Position numbers and translations under genes: made by a program | Assembly (NCBI GenBank): GCA_047495785.1 | Contig: JBLDXI010000021.1 | Location: 1,984,001 to 2,048,000, forward strand | Reading direction: 5' to 3' | DNA: 64,000 nucleotides | DNA from: Lepidodermella squamata | Lineage: Eukaryota; Animalia; Gastrotricha | In this document: in pieces, positions 1 to 13,026 of the stretch | Position numbering within the stretch: the first letter of the stretch is position 1 | Layout: each line of letters starts with the position of its first letter | The notes under the pieces: model-generated | Told to the model about the DNA's origin: nothing | Databases searched by the model: none | What the model saw: the letters and a program-made list of their open reading frames with translations, nothing else

Positions 1-32
1 CTTTTATTGAATTGGAAAGTAGCCCGAGTGAA

Positions 33-471
33 ATGGCAAAATATACGATGATTCTCGCTGTCGCTGTGGCAGCCATCGCTCTTTTTGTTGACAGCGCCTC
101 CGCAGCTGATTGTGGTGAGTTCTGCGTTTTTGATAACAAATACAATTGTTAATTTCTATGTAACCCTACAAGTTCCTACTGCTAATCCGAACGGCATGTT
201 CAAGAGAGTTTGCTTGGCGAATCCTGTTCGCGCCCAGAAAGCATACACGTGCCAGCAGTTTATCGCTTGGACCTCCTTTGGAAATAAATGCTACCCAATG
301 CTGTGCAACCCGCTCGGTCAGGGAAATGCACCCACTTACGGAAATGTGCGACGTATCTTCACCAGCAGGTAATTGCACTTTTGATTGTAATATCATCGAT
401 GGCATTTTCATTCTGCTATCTATTTCAGGGCTGCTGATGCGTCAGTTTGCGCCGCGAACGCAAATGTGTAA
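33..471 (+). CDS. Small secreted 6-cysteine protein (106 aa), 3 exons: 33-114, 173-368, 429-471
   Basis: ATG at 33 opens a signal-peptide-like stretch (MAKYTMILAVAVAAIALFVDSASA). GT-AG introns 115-172 and 369-428 join in frame to ADCVPTANPNGMFKRVCLAN...YTCQQF...NKCYPMLCNP...SRAADASVCAANANV*. No family recognised. Confidence 0.8.
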
Positions 472-1390
472 AACCGCTGTAGCTGATATGACTAGTACCT
501 TACCACAACCCCACCATTTCGATTTCGATTCTACAAAAAACAACAAAGTTTTTATCCCGATATTTTGCGATATTTTGCAGATTACGCACGAGTTGTTAAA
601 TTGCTGTTCTACAGTACCAGTTAACGTTTCCTTTTTTCCTAATTAAATCTCGCCCACATTTCCGGTATTTCTTTCCGATTAATTTCCTTCAATATCGTAA
701 TAAATTTGTAATTTCGAGGTTAACTAAACCTAATGCTGATACAATTATGTAGAATAAACCAATAATATTTGTGAATTCTTTTCGGATATTTGAAATTAGG
801 ACAGGAAAGAATTAGGACAGGCGTTTTTATTCCTTTCTAATCATGAGTTTTATATGACCTATAGCTATTATAATCGAAAGTAATGTCGCGTATTCTGCGA
901 CCATGAAATTATCCCTCGGAGAGTACGAGCCATTATGGAGGAAGAGATTGAGAGCAAATGTGTTTTAATTCGACAGGTTTAAGTGTATGCGAGGTTCTCA
1001 TCTTAGCTGCAGTGGCGCCGCTGACAAAATAAGCATCATTTTATTCACATAAACAATGTGTGATATGACATATGGCAAAATAAAGCTTGGACTGCCGACA
1101 ACTATACCGTGTTTAACATTTTATTTGTTTTGGTGTTCTTCTAAGGACAACAGCTTTTCACTGAAGTTCCGTTAGTTTTTTGTTATAACAGAGCGCAGAT
1201 TTTTTCGCCAAGATGCAGAACGTGATTTTCAGCTGGTACATTCGCCGCCTCTGGCAATAAAAAAAGTGTTACATTTCAAACAATTCTCCCTTATTTTTCG
1301 TTCACAGCAGAAAAATCTACACACTCGTAAAGGTGCGATACACCTGGCGTATTTTTTACGAAAATAAACAATCCAAAACCGCGCTATTAT

Positions 1391-4300
1391 ATGAAGCACG
1401 TCGGCCACGGTTATCTTTGGGCTATCGAAGCACTGATCCTTACTGTATTTCTATGTACATGCGTGGAAATGAAGTGCATAGCTTGTTTTTTAGACGCTCA
1501 TCCTGCGCTCATATTAGAGAAACAGATACACGCGAAGCGGAATATACTTATTCTGATTTTTAACGCTCAGTAATATAAACCTAGCCGGCGGCGGAACTTG
1601 GCCTAAAGTAAGGGTGCCACTATAAACCGCGATTCAATACATATTCGCATCTTACTCCCTCCTCTTTACAATTGCGTCTTTTGTGCTATCTGTGCTGTAT
1701 CAATGCAGGCAGACGGAAGTGTGCCCGCTTGCGCCATAAACCCAGCTGCATTTTTGGAGCGATCAAATAAAAACATGGCCGTAACTATTACATAATTATA
1801 CAAACGCGTTTTTCGCCAAACCATTTGCTGCAACTGTAAAACAATTCGATTTTTATTGTTTACTGCATTTCGCACCCGCGTGCTGTTTTATGTTGTATTT
1901 TTTTCTTACTGTTTTTCCCGAGAGATCAAATCAGACGCTGTCCAGCTATTGTTCAGTTCAGTGCCATTAACTTTCCGTATAGAATACCATGAAGGGCATT
2001 TGACGGCTGATGTAAAAATCAGCTCATCTTTTAAAACTACCCGCGATGTTTTGTAAGCTTATCGCCATGTGAGAGATTCAATTATTTATCTTAAACTGGT
2101 CGAGTTATTCGTTTAATTGGTCGCGGGCGCGTGCACGCCGGGATTATTAGCGCCGATATTGAGCGCGCACAATTTGGCCACCCTAATCATTGCGCAACGC
2201 AGCGTTGGCCGGGGCGAAGGCGACAAGCCAAAACGGCGCCAATTCTTATTTATCCTCAACAAAGTTTCGCCTGGAATAAGTAATATAAAATTTGAGGCTA
2301 AATTCTGTTATATTGAACGCGCGCGGGATATTATAGTTTAATAATAAGTTCGAGTGACCGATATCAATCGCGCGCATTGTCTCAAGACCCACTCGCCACA
2401 ATTTCAACGCTTCTTGTGGCCCGCGCCCGGGTGTAATGTTTCAGTGTACCGGAACCATATGTCAAGATGTTATAGAATCTTATATTAGTAAAATATTTAT
2501 CGAATATACAACTTACATCTTGGCGGGCATTCAAACTTTCATTCACCCAAACACTCGGGCGCGGTGTATTAAGGCTATCATTTGTCATTAATTTTGAGAC
2601 GTCGCGACGCTCTCGTCGAGTCATTGACGCTTCTCCCCCAGTAATTTTTACCCGAATGCGAATTTGAGTAGTTTATTATTGATAAGTCAGGCTTGCTCCC
2701 GCTGAAATGCCTCTTGACTTGAGGGCCATTTTCTAGGCAAATTAGCTGGCCACCAGCGATGAAAAATGTCACCGATGCGAGATACGAGCGCTTTGTTCAG
2801 GTTTTCAAAATCAAGCACGTGTAATGAGAGATAACCGCCGTGCTTCAAGCCTTTCGCGCTCGCGCGCATTTTTGTGCGATGCGCGTATGATGATAATTGG
2901 ACCATACTTTAATATTCATCTAATTCATTTTTTTCTGCATCTAATATCTTTTTTCCACATCTAAATCTTTTTTTCGCATCTAGGCATTTTTTCTACAGCT
3001 AATTCTACTTTTTCTCACATCTAATTTAAAAATAGCTAGAATGACTTCAAAAAAATTGAAAAATGATTCAGCGCGTTTTTCTCGATAAGAAAACATATGT
3101 TTCGTTGCCAGAACATAGGTAAATCGCTTTATTTAGCGAAAAGAAAAGAAAAAAGGAAAAATGAAAGAAAAACATCAATTTAAGGCTTCATGTGAAACGC
3201 ACACATCAACCGTTTTGCTCCGGGGAACACCTTTTTGACGGCCTTGCTGATAGCTTTAGAGCCGTCTGCCATAACGGCTTCGCAGACAAACTTCGGGGCT
3301 GCTTGAGGCACAACTCCGAGTAGCCTACGATAGGCATCCGAGTCTTCATGGCTTGAAACCGACAAGACAACGGTATGGAATTGTTTCGCAACATCAGAGA
3401 CGCCCAACAACATGAGGACACCCTTGTCGGGCCTTCGAATCGTTTTGTAAGTGGCATCCACCTTGGGAATATTCGGGTATCGGATGAGAAACAATACGAA
3501 TTTTGAAGTTACCTGAATAGCGCCAGGACCTGGTTGAAGCTTCATCAGGAGATTCGCAGTGGTTAGGTTTACCTGGTACTTCGCCTCAACTTTTCAACTT
3601 GTCAACTTGTGCGGGTTCTTCAGTAGTTTGTGGTGATGATTGCAGCTGGTTTCTAGTAGAACAACGTCGTTCGACTCAGCGCGACACTGCGCACGACTAC
3701 GATGATTACAGCGCTCGTAGCCCGCTTTGTTTCTGAAGACGCAAATGAACGATTGCACACGGGTTCCGTCTTTCAAAACCTGCTCACTGGCCGCCGGTCG
3801 CAGCAGAGGATTGTCAGATTTGAACCTAGCGATTGCTTCCTCCCACGTCGAATCAGTTACTCGGAGCTTCTCGAAGTATCTAATGTTTTTACCCCTAGTG
3901 GGCTTATCTCCAACAACGGTATCATCCGATGACGATACTACCGTTGAAGGAGACGAAAAAATGAGTTGTTTCATGATTTGAGCAAATGAGCAAATGGGTC
4001 GATTCAATTTTCAACGACTGATGTGGAGCTGGAAAATTCGCGTGAGGCACGCGCTAAACATGACTATTGCGCAATTTATTTACTACGCCTTTCGCACGTG
4101 CATTCTTCTATTAACATTTTCCCACGTGCCTTTTTCCGCGCGCCTGATCTGGCAACGAAACATATGTTTTCTTATCGAGAAAAACGCGCTGAATCATTTT
4201 TCAATTTTTTTGAAGTCATTCTAGCTATTTTTAAATTAGATGTGAGAAAAAGTAGAATTAGCTGTAGAAAAAATGCCTAGATGCGAAAAAAAGATTTAGA

Positions 4301-5083
4301 TGTGGAAAAAAGATATTAGATGCAGAAAAAAATGATTTAGATGCCAATTAAAGTATATTTCTGATAATTCGCGGACTACAAAGCCAATATAATAACAAGA
4401 AAAGCACTTTTAAACAGCTACAAAATAATACTGGTTGTTTATAATAAGTTTTCTTAATTTTTGACGCTTGATAATGAAGTCCTCGCGCCGCAAGTCTGTT
4501 AAAAGGCTGATGAGCCAGAATAAAATGCGCAGAAATCAAATAAACAGCTTTTGCAATTCATAAAAATTTCACGCTTTTTGGCCGCTTTCGAATTATCTTA
4601 TTTTCCTCTTTCATACTACAAGGCATTGTGAGATTTTTCCATCTCAACTCGATTATTATTTACTACCTTTTACGCAATCATAATTTCTTTTTCCTCATCA
4701 AGACATTTTGCACCTGACGCTACTGAAAGTTGGCGTTGTTATTTTCGCATGGCCATCCGATCGCAAGAAAGAAGCCAAACTTCGCACCCAAAGATTTCAC
4801 GCCAGTCGACAGGTAGTTGTTACTACTATGCTTTTAAGTACATCTACCTGTAAATCTCGTGCGTAGGGGCAAGGTTTTTACTAAATTACTCGCGTATCGA
4901 TTACAATGTCCTGGCGTTATTGTGGTTTCATTTCAAGGCATAATGAATTCGATCTTTTGTTTTACGCGATATGCCTTTTTAACTTTTACGCTATAATTTT
5001 CACGGAAGGATAAGCTGGCCTGCAAAAATCTTAACCATCCGTTGAAACCAACGCGAACTTTCTTCCGATCCAGTTTTTACTAA
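1391..5083 (+). CDS. Putative cryptic multi-exon gene (~300 aa, probably secreted). Exons 1391-1454, 1494-1536, 1571-1607, 1709-1780, 1925-2052, 2387-2563, 2599-2640, 2737-2820, 4703-4812, 4867-4937, 5009-5083; 3' end ambiguous (may continue to ~5411)
   Basis: Hand-assembled, phase-consistent exons totalling 903 nt, with a hydrophobic N-terminus. Needs two GC donors (1537, 4938) and GAG/AAG acceptors. No homology recognised, so part of the model could be chance. Confidence 0.45.
2899..4361 (-). mobile_element. Mutator-like (MULE) DNA transposon, internally deleted/non-autonomous
   Basis: Near-identical 214-bp terminal inverted repeats (2899-3112 and 4148-4361), G...C termini, 8-bp TSD TGATAATT (2891-2898, 4362-4369), internal transposase remnant. 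Confidence 0.92.
3180..4007 (-). pseudogene. Truncated MULE transposase
   Basis: ORFs 3594-4007 and 3180-3545 are in the same frame, separated by one TGA. Cys/His zinc-finger-like N-terminal part; MULE DDE-core motifs VDATYKT, MADGSKAI and CAFH. The frame ends right after CxxH, so the catalytic Glu region is missing. Confidence 0.85.
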
Positions 5084-8000
5084 CGCCAAGTTTTGATTAA
5101 TTACCCAGCAATCACGTTGCATTTCATTCAGTCTGGATGGATGTTTGATTATGTCTGCTGATTTAGTATTCTAGTTGTAAAATAGCATATTACATGAAAA
5201 ATTTACTCTGCAGGTCGAAATAATCAAGTACATGCTGTTTTTGCGATCTCCATGGTGAGATACATTGCGAGCATGGCACATCAAACTTCCGATCACGATA
5301 AAAAAAATAGAATTTTTATGCGGTAAAAAATTATTTGTAATGTTTGCGCAGAAAAGTAATCATATTTCCTATACTTATTATAATATTGCCTTATCAAATG
5401 GGAACATTTAGCTCGTGTCCATAGGCGATGGACAATATTACCCTGTCGCACTTTTCCATTCGTCGCGCTAAGCGTTTCGGCAATACTTAGACATGCTATA
5501 CGGCGTGATCCGATAACACCCGGTGCGTCTGCACCCGTGAATCTGCATTTTTTAAATTTTCATAATGCAAACTTTATTATCATTTTTTGCATATTTCATT
5601 CAACTCGCTATTAAGTCATTGTAGTAATGCCGTAATCGCCCCGCAAAAAGCCGGTGCAACCGTATGTGCTCCCTTTTTCTATAATATATCGAATCTTGTT
5701 TCTGGATATAACGTGCAGATTTACGTTAATTTTCCCAAATGATTAGTGTCCCGCCGCAACAGTAGATCCGATTTCGTTTCGCAGCCTAATTGGCGCTGAT
5801 GATGATAAGACATGAGACAACTCCGATGACCAGTTCCGCGGCTTTATTATTTTGTATGCCGCCAGTACTTTTTTGCGCTGATCCCATGAAAAACAATTGC
5901 GGAGACAAATGTCTCGTTGCTGATTTCGCATTATTTTTCTACCGATGCCGTTCAAGTCGCCTCTTCACATGACCGCTGTTAAGTTTTGAAATGAGTTTTT
6001 ACCGGCCAAATGATAATTACGCGCTCAATATACAATTGCTATTATGGCGGCTTCTGCGGCTAAAAACCGCCAGAGACTTTATACTCCACTGGGCAGTCAT
6101 CATACGAATTTTTTATTACTTGAAGCAAAGCAATCGGTCATTTCGCTGTTTTGCGCAATCAGTGCGCGTGGCGCCGCGAAAAAAATTAATCTTCAAAATT
6201 CCATTTTTTTGCGGCTGAGATTAGCACTTATTAATCACCGAGTGTGACGGGTGCAGTTTTTACCTGAAACGCCTTTTCGCTCGCCGCTTGCGAGTGATTA
6301 TTTTTACGCAAAGTTGAAAAAGCATAATAGCCAAGCTTGTTATCGCGTTTCCCGGTCAGTCGAAATTCGACACCTAAGTCAAGTGTAAAATTTTTCAAGT
6401 GCTGACCGCCGTGTGTTTTATTCAATTCCTATCGCTTTGGCGCCAAATATCAGTTAAATTATACTCATCTCTCGCTCATGTAGAGCGTGAATATTCGCAC
6501 GTGAGACAGTCAGCAGCGAAAGCGGCACCTTTCGCACTGGATGATGTTGGCAAAAAGCAAAGTTTTTCTTTTTTTTGTTTGGATGAAAGCTGAATTCCTT
6601 TTCAGCTTTTCGCATTGTCATCTGAGCGATTTTTTATTGTCCTAGACTTGGGACAAGTCATCCGTCTGGCCTGCTATTTGCCACCCCTCGATTTATTTTG
6701 CTATTCATGGCTCTTGAATAACATCACTCGTGCCCTAATGAGGAGATGGCGCGCAAATTTTCTCTGCGACTCCCTGAGCGCGCACCGCTTCTCAATTTGT
6801 CATGTATCAATAATAACCGGCGCGCGACTTGTGTTTTTCTTGTCGATGCGGCACTGCCATGTATTTTTTTTGGTTTCTTATTCAACGAGAAAGTGAGCAG
6901 TTATTTACCAATTTATAAGTCTCTATCCTGAGCAGCGCTTCTCCGCATGAAAAATCGTCAGCTATATTAGCATTAATTTATCAATTGATACAAGAGCGTG
7001 TGGCCAAGAAGATTGACATATGGCCATCATGCCTAGGATTCAAAGGGAAGTGATGTACGCTGGTTGACATATTTTATACACGTGGATAGGTAAGTAATGC
7101 GTGTGTATTTTCGGCACAGCTGTATGTTGCCAGTTATTTTTGAGAGCTTTTTACGATCCTAATACTGCTGGCTGCAGCAGTAATGATGATGATGATGATG
7201 ATACACGCCAGCTTTTTGCGCAGTTTATTTAGTGTTTCCTCATCTGAATTTATGTTGTTTTTCTAAAATAATTAGTACACATTAAATAATATCAAGCGGC
7301 TATAATGGTCGCGATCATGTAGCTTTTCATAGCATCAGTAGGAAAACACTTATTCACCTGAATTTTGGTGCGCAATTTCGGGTGCCGATTTTGGGAGTAA
7401 TTTGTTACCGCTTGTTTCTCGCCTGGTTTTATCAATTATTTATTGCGCAATAAGCACGTGGGTTCAATGCCGCGTGCTCGCCAACGCGTGTCGTCTTCCG
7501 CTCTGCCCGCGGTTGTCTTAATATTTTATAACCGAAACGCCTGGCAGTGATTCGCGCAACAAGGGCGTGCCGACGAGCGTGTTTCGTTGACTGGCAGAAT
7601 AACAAAAACAAACAAGCTTTCGCTAGGTTCACGCCCTAGTTGCCGATGATATATTATTGTTGTAGTTTCGGTGTAATTCCTAACAGGATTGCTCGTTGCG
7701 CAACACCATCTGCACCTGTGAACATCGAATTCCTTTGATGTGTGACTTCATCATCATCTTTGGAAATTTGCCGCGATAAATCGATTTATTCTTCTTCTTC
7801 TTCAACCGTGTTAGAATATTTAATGAATTTTGGACCTCGATATATAGCAAACAGAATTTGTTTTCTGCTGTTGGCGCGGTTGTAACGCCTTGTCGCTTTG
7901 TTGTGGTGTTTTCACTGGCGCCGTTCTTTTGTTGACTTTTTACAGCCGATGCCGCTGCTGGCTATTTCCTCGCGCCCACATCACAATTGTTATACATATC

Positions 8001-9295
8001 GCCGCTTGACAAAATACCTATATAGTATCATCTGTACATATTTCTCCGCGTTTCCTCTACCTGATGCCAGTTCGTTGACTAACGGCTTTGGTAATATGAT
8101 AAAACAAAACACGCCATGTTTTATGTGGCTCCTTTCCGCCATCATCGATGAGCCCTTCTCAGCTTTTAATTGCCAGCGTGTTTTTGGCGCGCATCTTCGG
8201 CCAACAACTCGACAACACCTTATTTGCACAATCAAATGTAGTATAATATCATTGTTGTCTCCCTCCTCGTCTGCTACCGCCATTGTTTTTGCTCAAGCGC
8301 CAAGCGCATCGCGTCCGGCAGCTATGGGCCGAGTAATACCCGCTTAAGGAGCCAACAAGTGCTCGAACAATTAATTAATTGATTGCCCCTACTCATCATC
8401 GGCCACGTAAATATCGTCTCGATTTCAAATCAAAACATCACAACAACAACAACAAACGACGCGCCGGAAGCTTTTACGACAACCTTCCGGCCCGATCGCT
8501 TTTAGGCAGGCCTGATCTTGGCCATCCACGCTCTGTCGAGGGACTGCGCGCACCCGAGAAAAACGAACTCTAAAAAGTCGCGCAGCTTTTTTTGTAACTT
8601 GAGTGGTACCTTGAAGTGGCTCGCTGGCATTAGCTCACTTGGCGGGTTGTCAACGGTGTGGCTTTGAGAAATAATAATCCCAACGCGGCGAATTAATTAC
8701 GATTTTTCTTATATTTTGTGTTTTTATTCGCACGTGTTTATCGCACTGCGCAAAAAATAAGTAAGTGACCGCTGGCGCGCGACACCTGGGCGCAAAGGCG
8801 GCGCCTTTTACGCGTGTTGCTAAATAATTTATCGGCATCGGTATGACACCGCGGTATGACGCTGAATAAAAAATGTCGAGAGGCCGCACTTTCTCGACAG
8901 GTAATGCGAGATGATGACCACCCGAGAGGCGTCTAAATGCGCGCATGCTATTTACCACTTAATAGACCGACAACATTTTGAAAATTTGTTGTTCAAGTGT
9001 TATTTTTTCAAGAGGAACAACAAGTGGCGTTGATCTCGCTGCGATATATCGGCGTGAATGGCCTTCATTAGGCAGCTATAAAGCAGTTAGATTTGCGTGC
9101 CGGGCTTCTTTCGCGCGCGCGGGCTCTCTCTCGGCCGGCCCGATCACGTTCTCTTTTCACGCGCGCGCGCGGCGCCATCTTGCGCGCATAAAGGTGGCAA
9201 AAGGTCAAGCGCGCTCGATATATACGGCTTAATGTTAAAATTTCTATTTTCCTGTATAGAATTGTGGTTTATAACTAATTGATGCCAACATTTCG

Positions 9296-12220
9296 ATGAT
9301 TTTGCGGTTTTGTTCGTCGCTGCTGCTATGGCTGCTGGCGAGCTTATTCGCCGGACAAAGCTGCGCCGAGTCATTGGAACTGTCCCTCCAGCGCAATGTC
9401 GCTTTCCTACGCGCTTCAGCTGGGTGCAGTGTGCCAATCGACTTCGACCGCGCTCTTTTCCAACATTTGCGGTACGCCTTTACCGAACGCAACATTCTAG
9501 TCGCGCATCTCGAGGTCAACTTCGACTACTACACAATTAACAAGCGGTATCACATCATACTGATGCCGGACAGTCGAGGCGTACACATCTCGTGAGAGTT
9601 ATCACGATTGTTTTCCCAGAGTTGTCATACGTTCGCGCGGGTTTAGCCAACGCTGCAACCACCGTACTTGCCGCTGTTCTGATCATTGTAATAGTCAAGG
9701 ACGATCCTGTCATGCGCAGGGAAATTTTGTCTTTTATTTGTCTATTTGTTTCATGCACTTCGTCCTTATCGATGATGCTACCAGTAATGGGGGAAATTCG
9801 AAATGCGTAGTTTGTTTCAGTCATCTTTGATCGTTGTATTATCCTCGGAATTTAAGCTTTAATTTGCTGGAATAAAATTAATAAAATGAGATGCCAGATC
9901 AAACGTGGTGATGACTTTGAAGATCAGCGAACCTTCTGAACAAGCCTGGTTCGAGGTCTGAGCTGAAGGTATTTTCCACCTGTCCGCAGAATATGTGTTC
10001 CTAATTGATCACTTCTGCGCGAACAGCGACAAAATAATTAAACTGTTCTCTAAACCACCTTAATATTCACGATATTTTCTGAACCCTCGAACAGTCTATT
10101 TCGGCTATGCGCAGCTCGGATTTCCGCCTATCATCAAAAAGGTAAACATATTTATTTGGAATTTAATTCAACATCTGGCATGAATTAAAAAAAGTTAACA
10201 TTCTTTAAGGAAGAGCCTTATATTTTTTGTTTCGATAGGCGACTTTCGTCTTGCTTGGAATTAGCGGTTACGCCCTGATTTCGATAATCGCCCTGACATC
10301 ACGAAGCCCGGCCGATCAGCTGGCATTCATAGTCTGCTTCCTCTTCCTCAGTGTCGTGCTCATGTTCTCGGCAAAACGCCTGGTCCAGGCCGACGCGCTA
10401 CGACCAGCTGACCGATATGTCCTCGGACTAGTTCGCATTTTCGGCGACTCACAGCAGCAAAAAACTGTGTTGAGCGCTTCGCTCGGCCCTAAATCCGACC
10501 TGTTACTGCAGCAACCTGACACGCTGGTCGCCGACCACCCAGACATAACAGTCTACCCTTCGATCTCCGATGCGCCACGTCTCCTCTTCATGTCAAAATA
10601 CTGGTCGCGCTACTGTAAATGCCTGCGTCGAATTTGCCACGAGCACCGCGGAATCGCCATCGGCCTTCCGATTCTAGCACCGATCCTACTCATCGGCTTT
10701 GTCCTGAACACGATACCATTGGTGCAACTAATTGTTTTCGTTGTCCTTCAAATCCGAGCCAACATGATCATTTACGCCAACGGCGTTTCAACCCTCATCC
10801 TATTCATTTGCTCGACAATTTTGTTCATCGGCTATGTAACCCTATTGCTTTACATACCATGCGTACTCATTCTATGTCTTTACTACACGTTCTTGGCTAT
10901 GCTCAACTCCATTCATTTGTTAATGATCGGCCTAGCATTTGCGGTTGTAGTTTATCAGTTGGGAATTTTCATCTGCCACGAAAGTGAAAAATTCACGTAT
11001 TTGACAGAAAGCGTTGTGCGCCTGAACTTGACCTATTTACGCTATGAGGGCGCCATACACCGCGGTCCGTGTTGCGAGCAATTAATTCGATCAGTTCCGC
11101 TATTCCCGAACCACGTTCAAATCAATTCCATCTTCTTCGACTCACTTGTCAAGACGTTTTTCCCGCTTTCGCACAGCATTAAGAATATTTGTTTCCGAGC
11201 TGGTCTTTTCTCGTTCGCTGTCATCTTCATCTTCATCATGCTCGTGCAATGCGGGGCGACATTTTTCGTCAACCAGGCCATTAGCATCAATCTATTGCTG
11301 GCTGTACTTGTTCCTAAACTTGTATTTTCACTGTGGCCGTGTTGCGCTTCCAACTCCCTGCTACCGTCGCCGACTGTCGAACAGGCCATTTACATCCTTA
11401 TCGATGATTGGTACCGCAAAAACTGCCAAAACTCGCAAAAACCATCGCCGACCATTCTCAAAATCGGACCAGGCGTTGAATTCTCGTCGAAAATGACGCC
11501 ACAGATGGGTGCTCGGGACATTGTCATCGCCAACATGCTGGATCAGGTAAAGATCAGATTATTCTCTATAATTTGATGATTAATCATTTATTTTTCCAGC
11601 AAAATCCTTTCGCAGATAACTACTACGGCACAATTACGACTGGAAAGTATTCAGGTAATGGCGGCAGTCCAATTACAAACTACGCCGATACCACCCTGGC
11701 TGAATCGGGCCGTTACACTATGAATTCATCCCGCGGACCTGGCCCACTTCACGGCACGCTGCCTTCTTCGGCCAGCCATCACCTGCAGCACAATACCCAG
11801 CCGATGCAAGTATCGACCATGTCGAATTCGATGATTAAACACGCCGTTTTCGCTGGAAAACCAAACATTCACACGTCATCGACTGGCGATACGGGTAGCG
11901 AGGTTGACTCGATTCTCTACTACAACGACATCATCAGCAAACACCCGTCCGAGCGGACGCCAGTAACGCCGTACAACAACCACAACCACGCCGGCGTTCG
12001 GGTGTTCAGCAACGGTAAGGCGATGGAAGCGTCGTTGTTGAATAACGCCAAATCGCCGAATGACATAACGCTGTCGAGCGACCAGAGCTCGACCGAAGAT
12101 TCGCCGCTCAACGGACCCGGTTCGCCGTCGTCGTACGTCGGCATGCAGCATCACCAGCGCAACGGCGCCGCCCTGGCGACAGTTCGTAGTCAAAGCGACA
12201 CTGATGAGTCATCGCTGTAA
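9296..12220 (+). CDS. Uncharacterised multipass membrane protein, interrupted by the inverted duplication. Signal-peptide exon 9296-~9591; exon fragment ~10095-10141; exons 10239-11546 and 11600-12220
   Basis: Signal peptide MILRFCSSLLLWLLASLFAGQSCA. VYFGYAQLGFPPIIKK|gt..ag|ATFVLLGISG joins in frame to the 441-aa multi-TM ORF. Intron 11547-11599 leads to a low-complexity tail ending ESSL (class I PDZ-binding-like). Linkage of exon 1 to the rest is inferred. Confidence 0.65.
9601..10085 (+). repeat. 485-bp inverted duplicate of 13027-13511 (GPCR C-terminal coding end plus 3' UTR)
   Basis: Reverse-complement match with 9601 pairing 13511 and 10085 pairing 13027; identical wherever compared. 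ORF 9592..9810 reproduces the GPCR C-terminus ITIVFPELSY...GEIRNA*. Confidence 0.95.
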
Positions 12221-13026
12221 ATATATATATTGCGACTCTTTTACCTAAAATTGTTAAACCTCTACCTCAAGCAACGCACGCTAAATTTGTACATTGTATT
12301 TGTAAAAACACCTCTTATATTTGAGGAGAAAAATGTGATGCTATCAATTTCCTATTTCTTATAATTCTTAACATCTACCTACCTCAAATTTCTCGCTTTT
12401 TTGCATATACATGAACTTATTTATGGGACACCATGTCAAATAATATTAGGTATATACTTTTCTAAAAATTGTAGTATTTAGCCGTTCGCTCCATCTTCGA
12501 ATCATGCTGCCTGTTCGTTAATCTTGTTCCTGTATTTCACGGCTGTCTCGTTTCGCTTGACTCGTTTTAGAAAAAATACGTGTATTTTCTTGATTTGTGC
12601 CCTTATTTCTTCATATATATTATTTGTACAGATGATATGTAACGATAATTGAGCTTTATTTGACGGTCTTGTCTCGAAAATGCACCTAAAAAAATGGAAA
12701 GTATGATTTTATCTGTTGTGTAAATATTCAAATATCGCTGTTCATGAGTCAACTCAATTCTTGATATTGAAGAAAAAATATGGTTTTTACTGTGAAGAAT
12801 AAAACGCGTATTGCGTTCCGAAAGGATTTCTTGTCATTTTAAAAAACCTGCTTGGAGTAAGGCGATTTAGCTGTGTTTCGGATCATCAGGAGTCAGGAGT
12901 AAAGGGGGAAATTGAGAGACCAGCATATTGCCATTCGCTCAAATATATGTTCGCAAAAATCATTCGATTTCCTTGAAACAGTTTTCCTGCAGATCCAAGT
13001 GAGAAATTAAAGAACGTTTGATCGAT

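Noticed and set aside
794-821. Direct repeat AATTAGGACAGG x2
   Set aside because: Two copies with a 4-bp gap; a simple tandem duplication, not a CRISPR-like array.
2421-2564. 14-bp imperfect inverted repeat (CCGCGCCCGGGTGT / ACACTCGGGCGCGG) as a MITE
   Set aside because: No TSD, and it lies within an open predicted exon; likely chance, though a real MITE here would weaken that exon.
3546-3596. In-frame TGA in the transposase (and a TAA near 7790) as stop-codon reassignment or readthrough
   Set aside because: Conserved genes here end in TAA, TAG and TGA and have no internal stops; the element is simply defective.
7898-8958. ORFs of 97-149 aa on both strands
   Set aside because: No motifs, overlapping on opposite strands, and no consistent splice model.
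9555-9824. ORFs 9555..9824(-) and 13288..13536(+) with identical MTETNYAFR... peptides
   Set aside because: Antisense shadows of the duplicated GPCR end, not genes.
9940-9970. GGTTCGA T-loop-like word suggesting a tRNA
   Set aside because: No cloverleaf can be formed; it is part of the duplicated GPCR 3' region.
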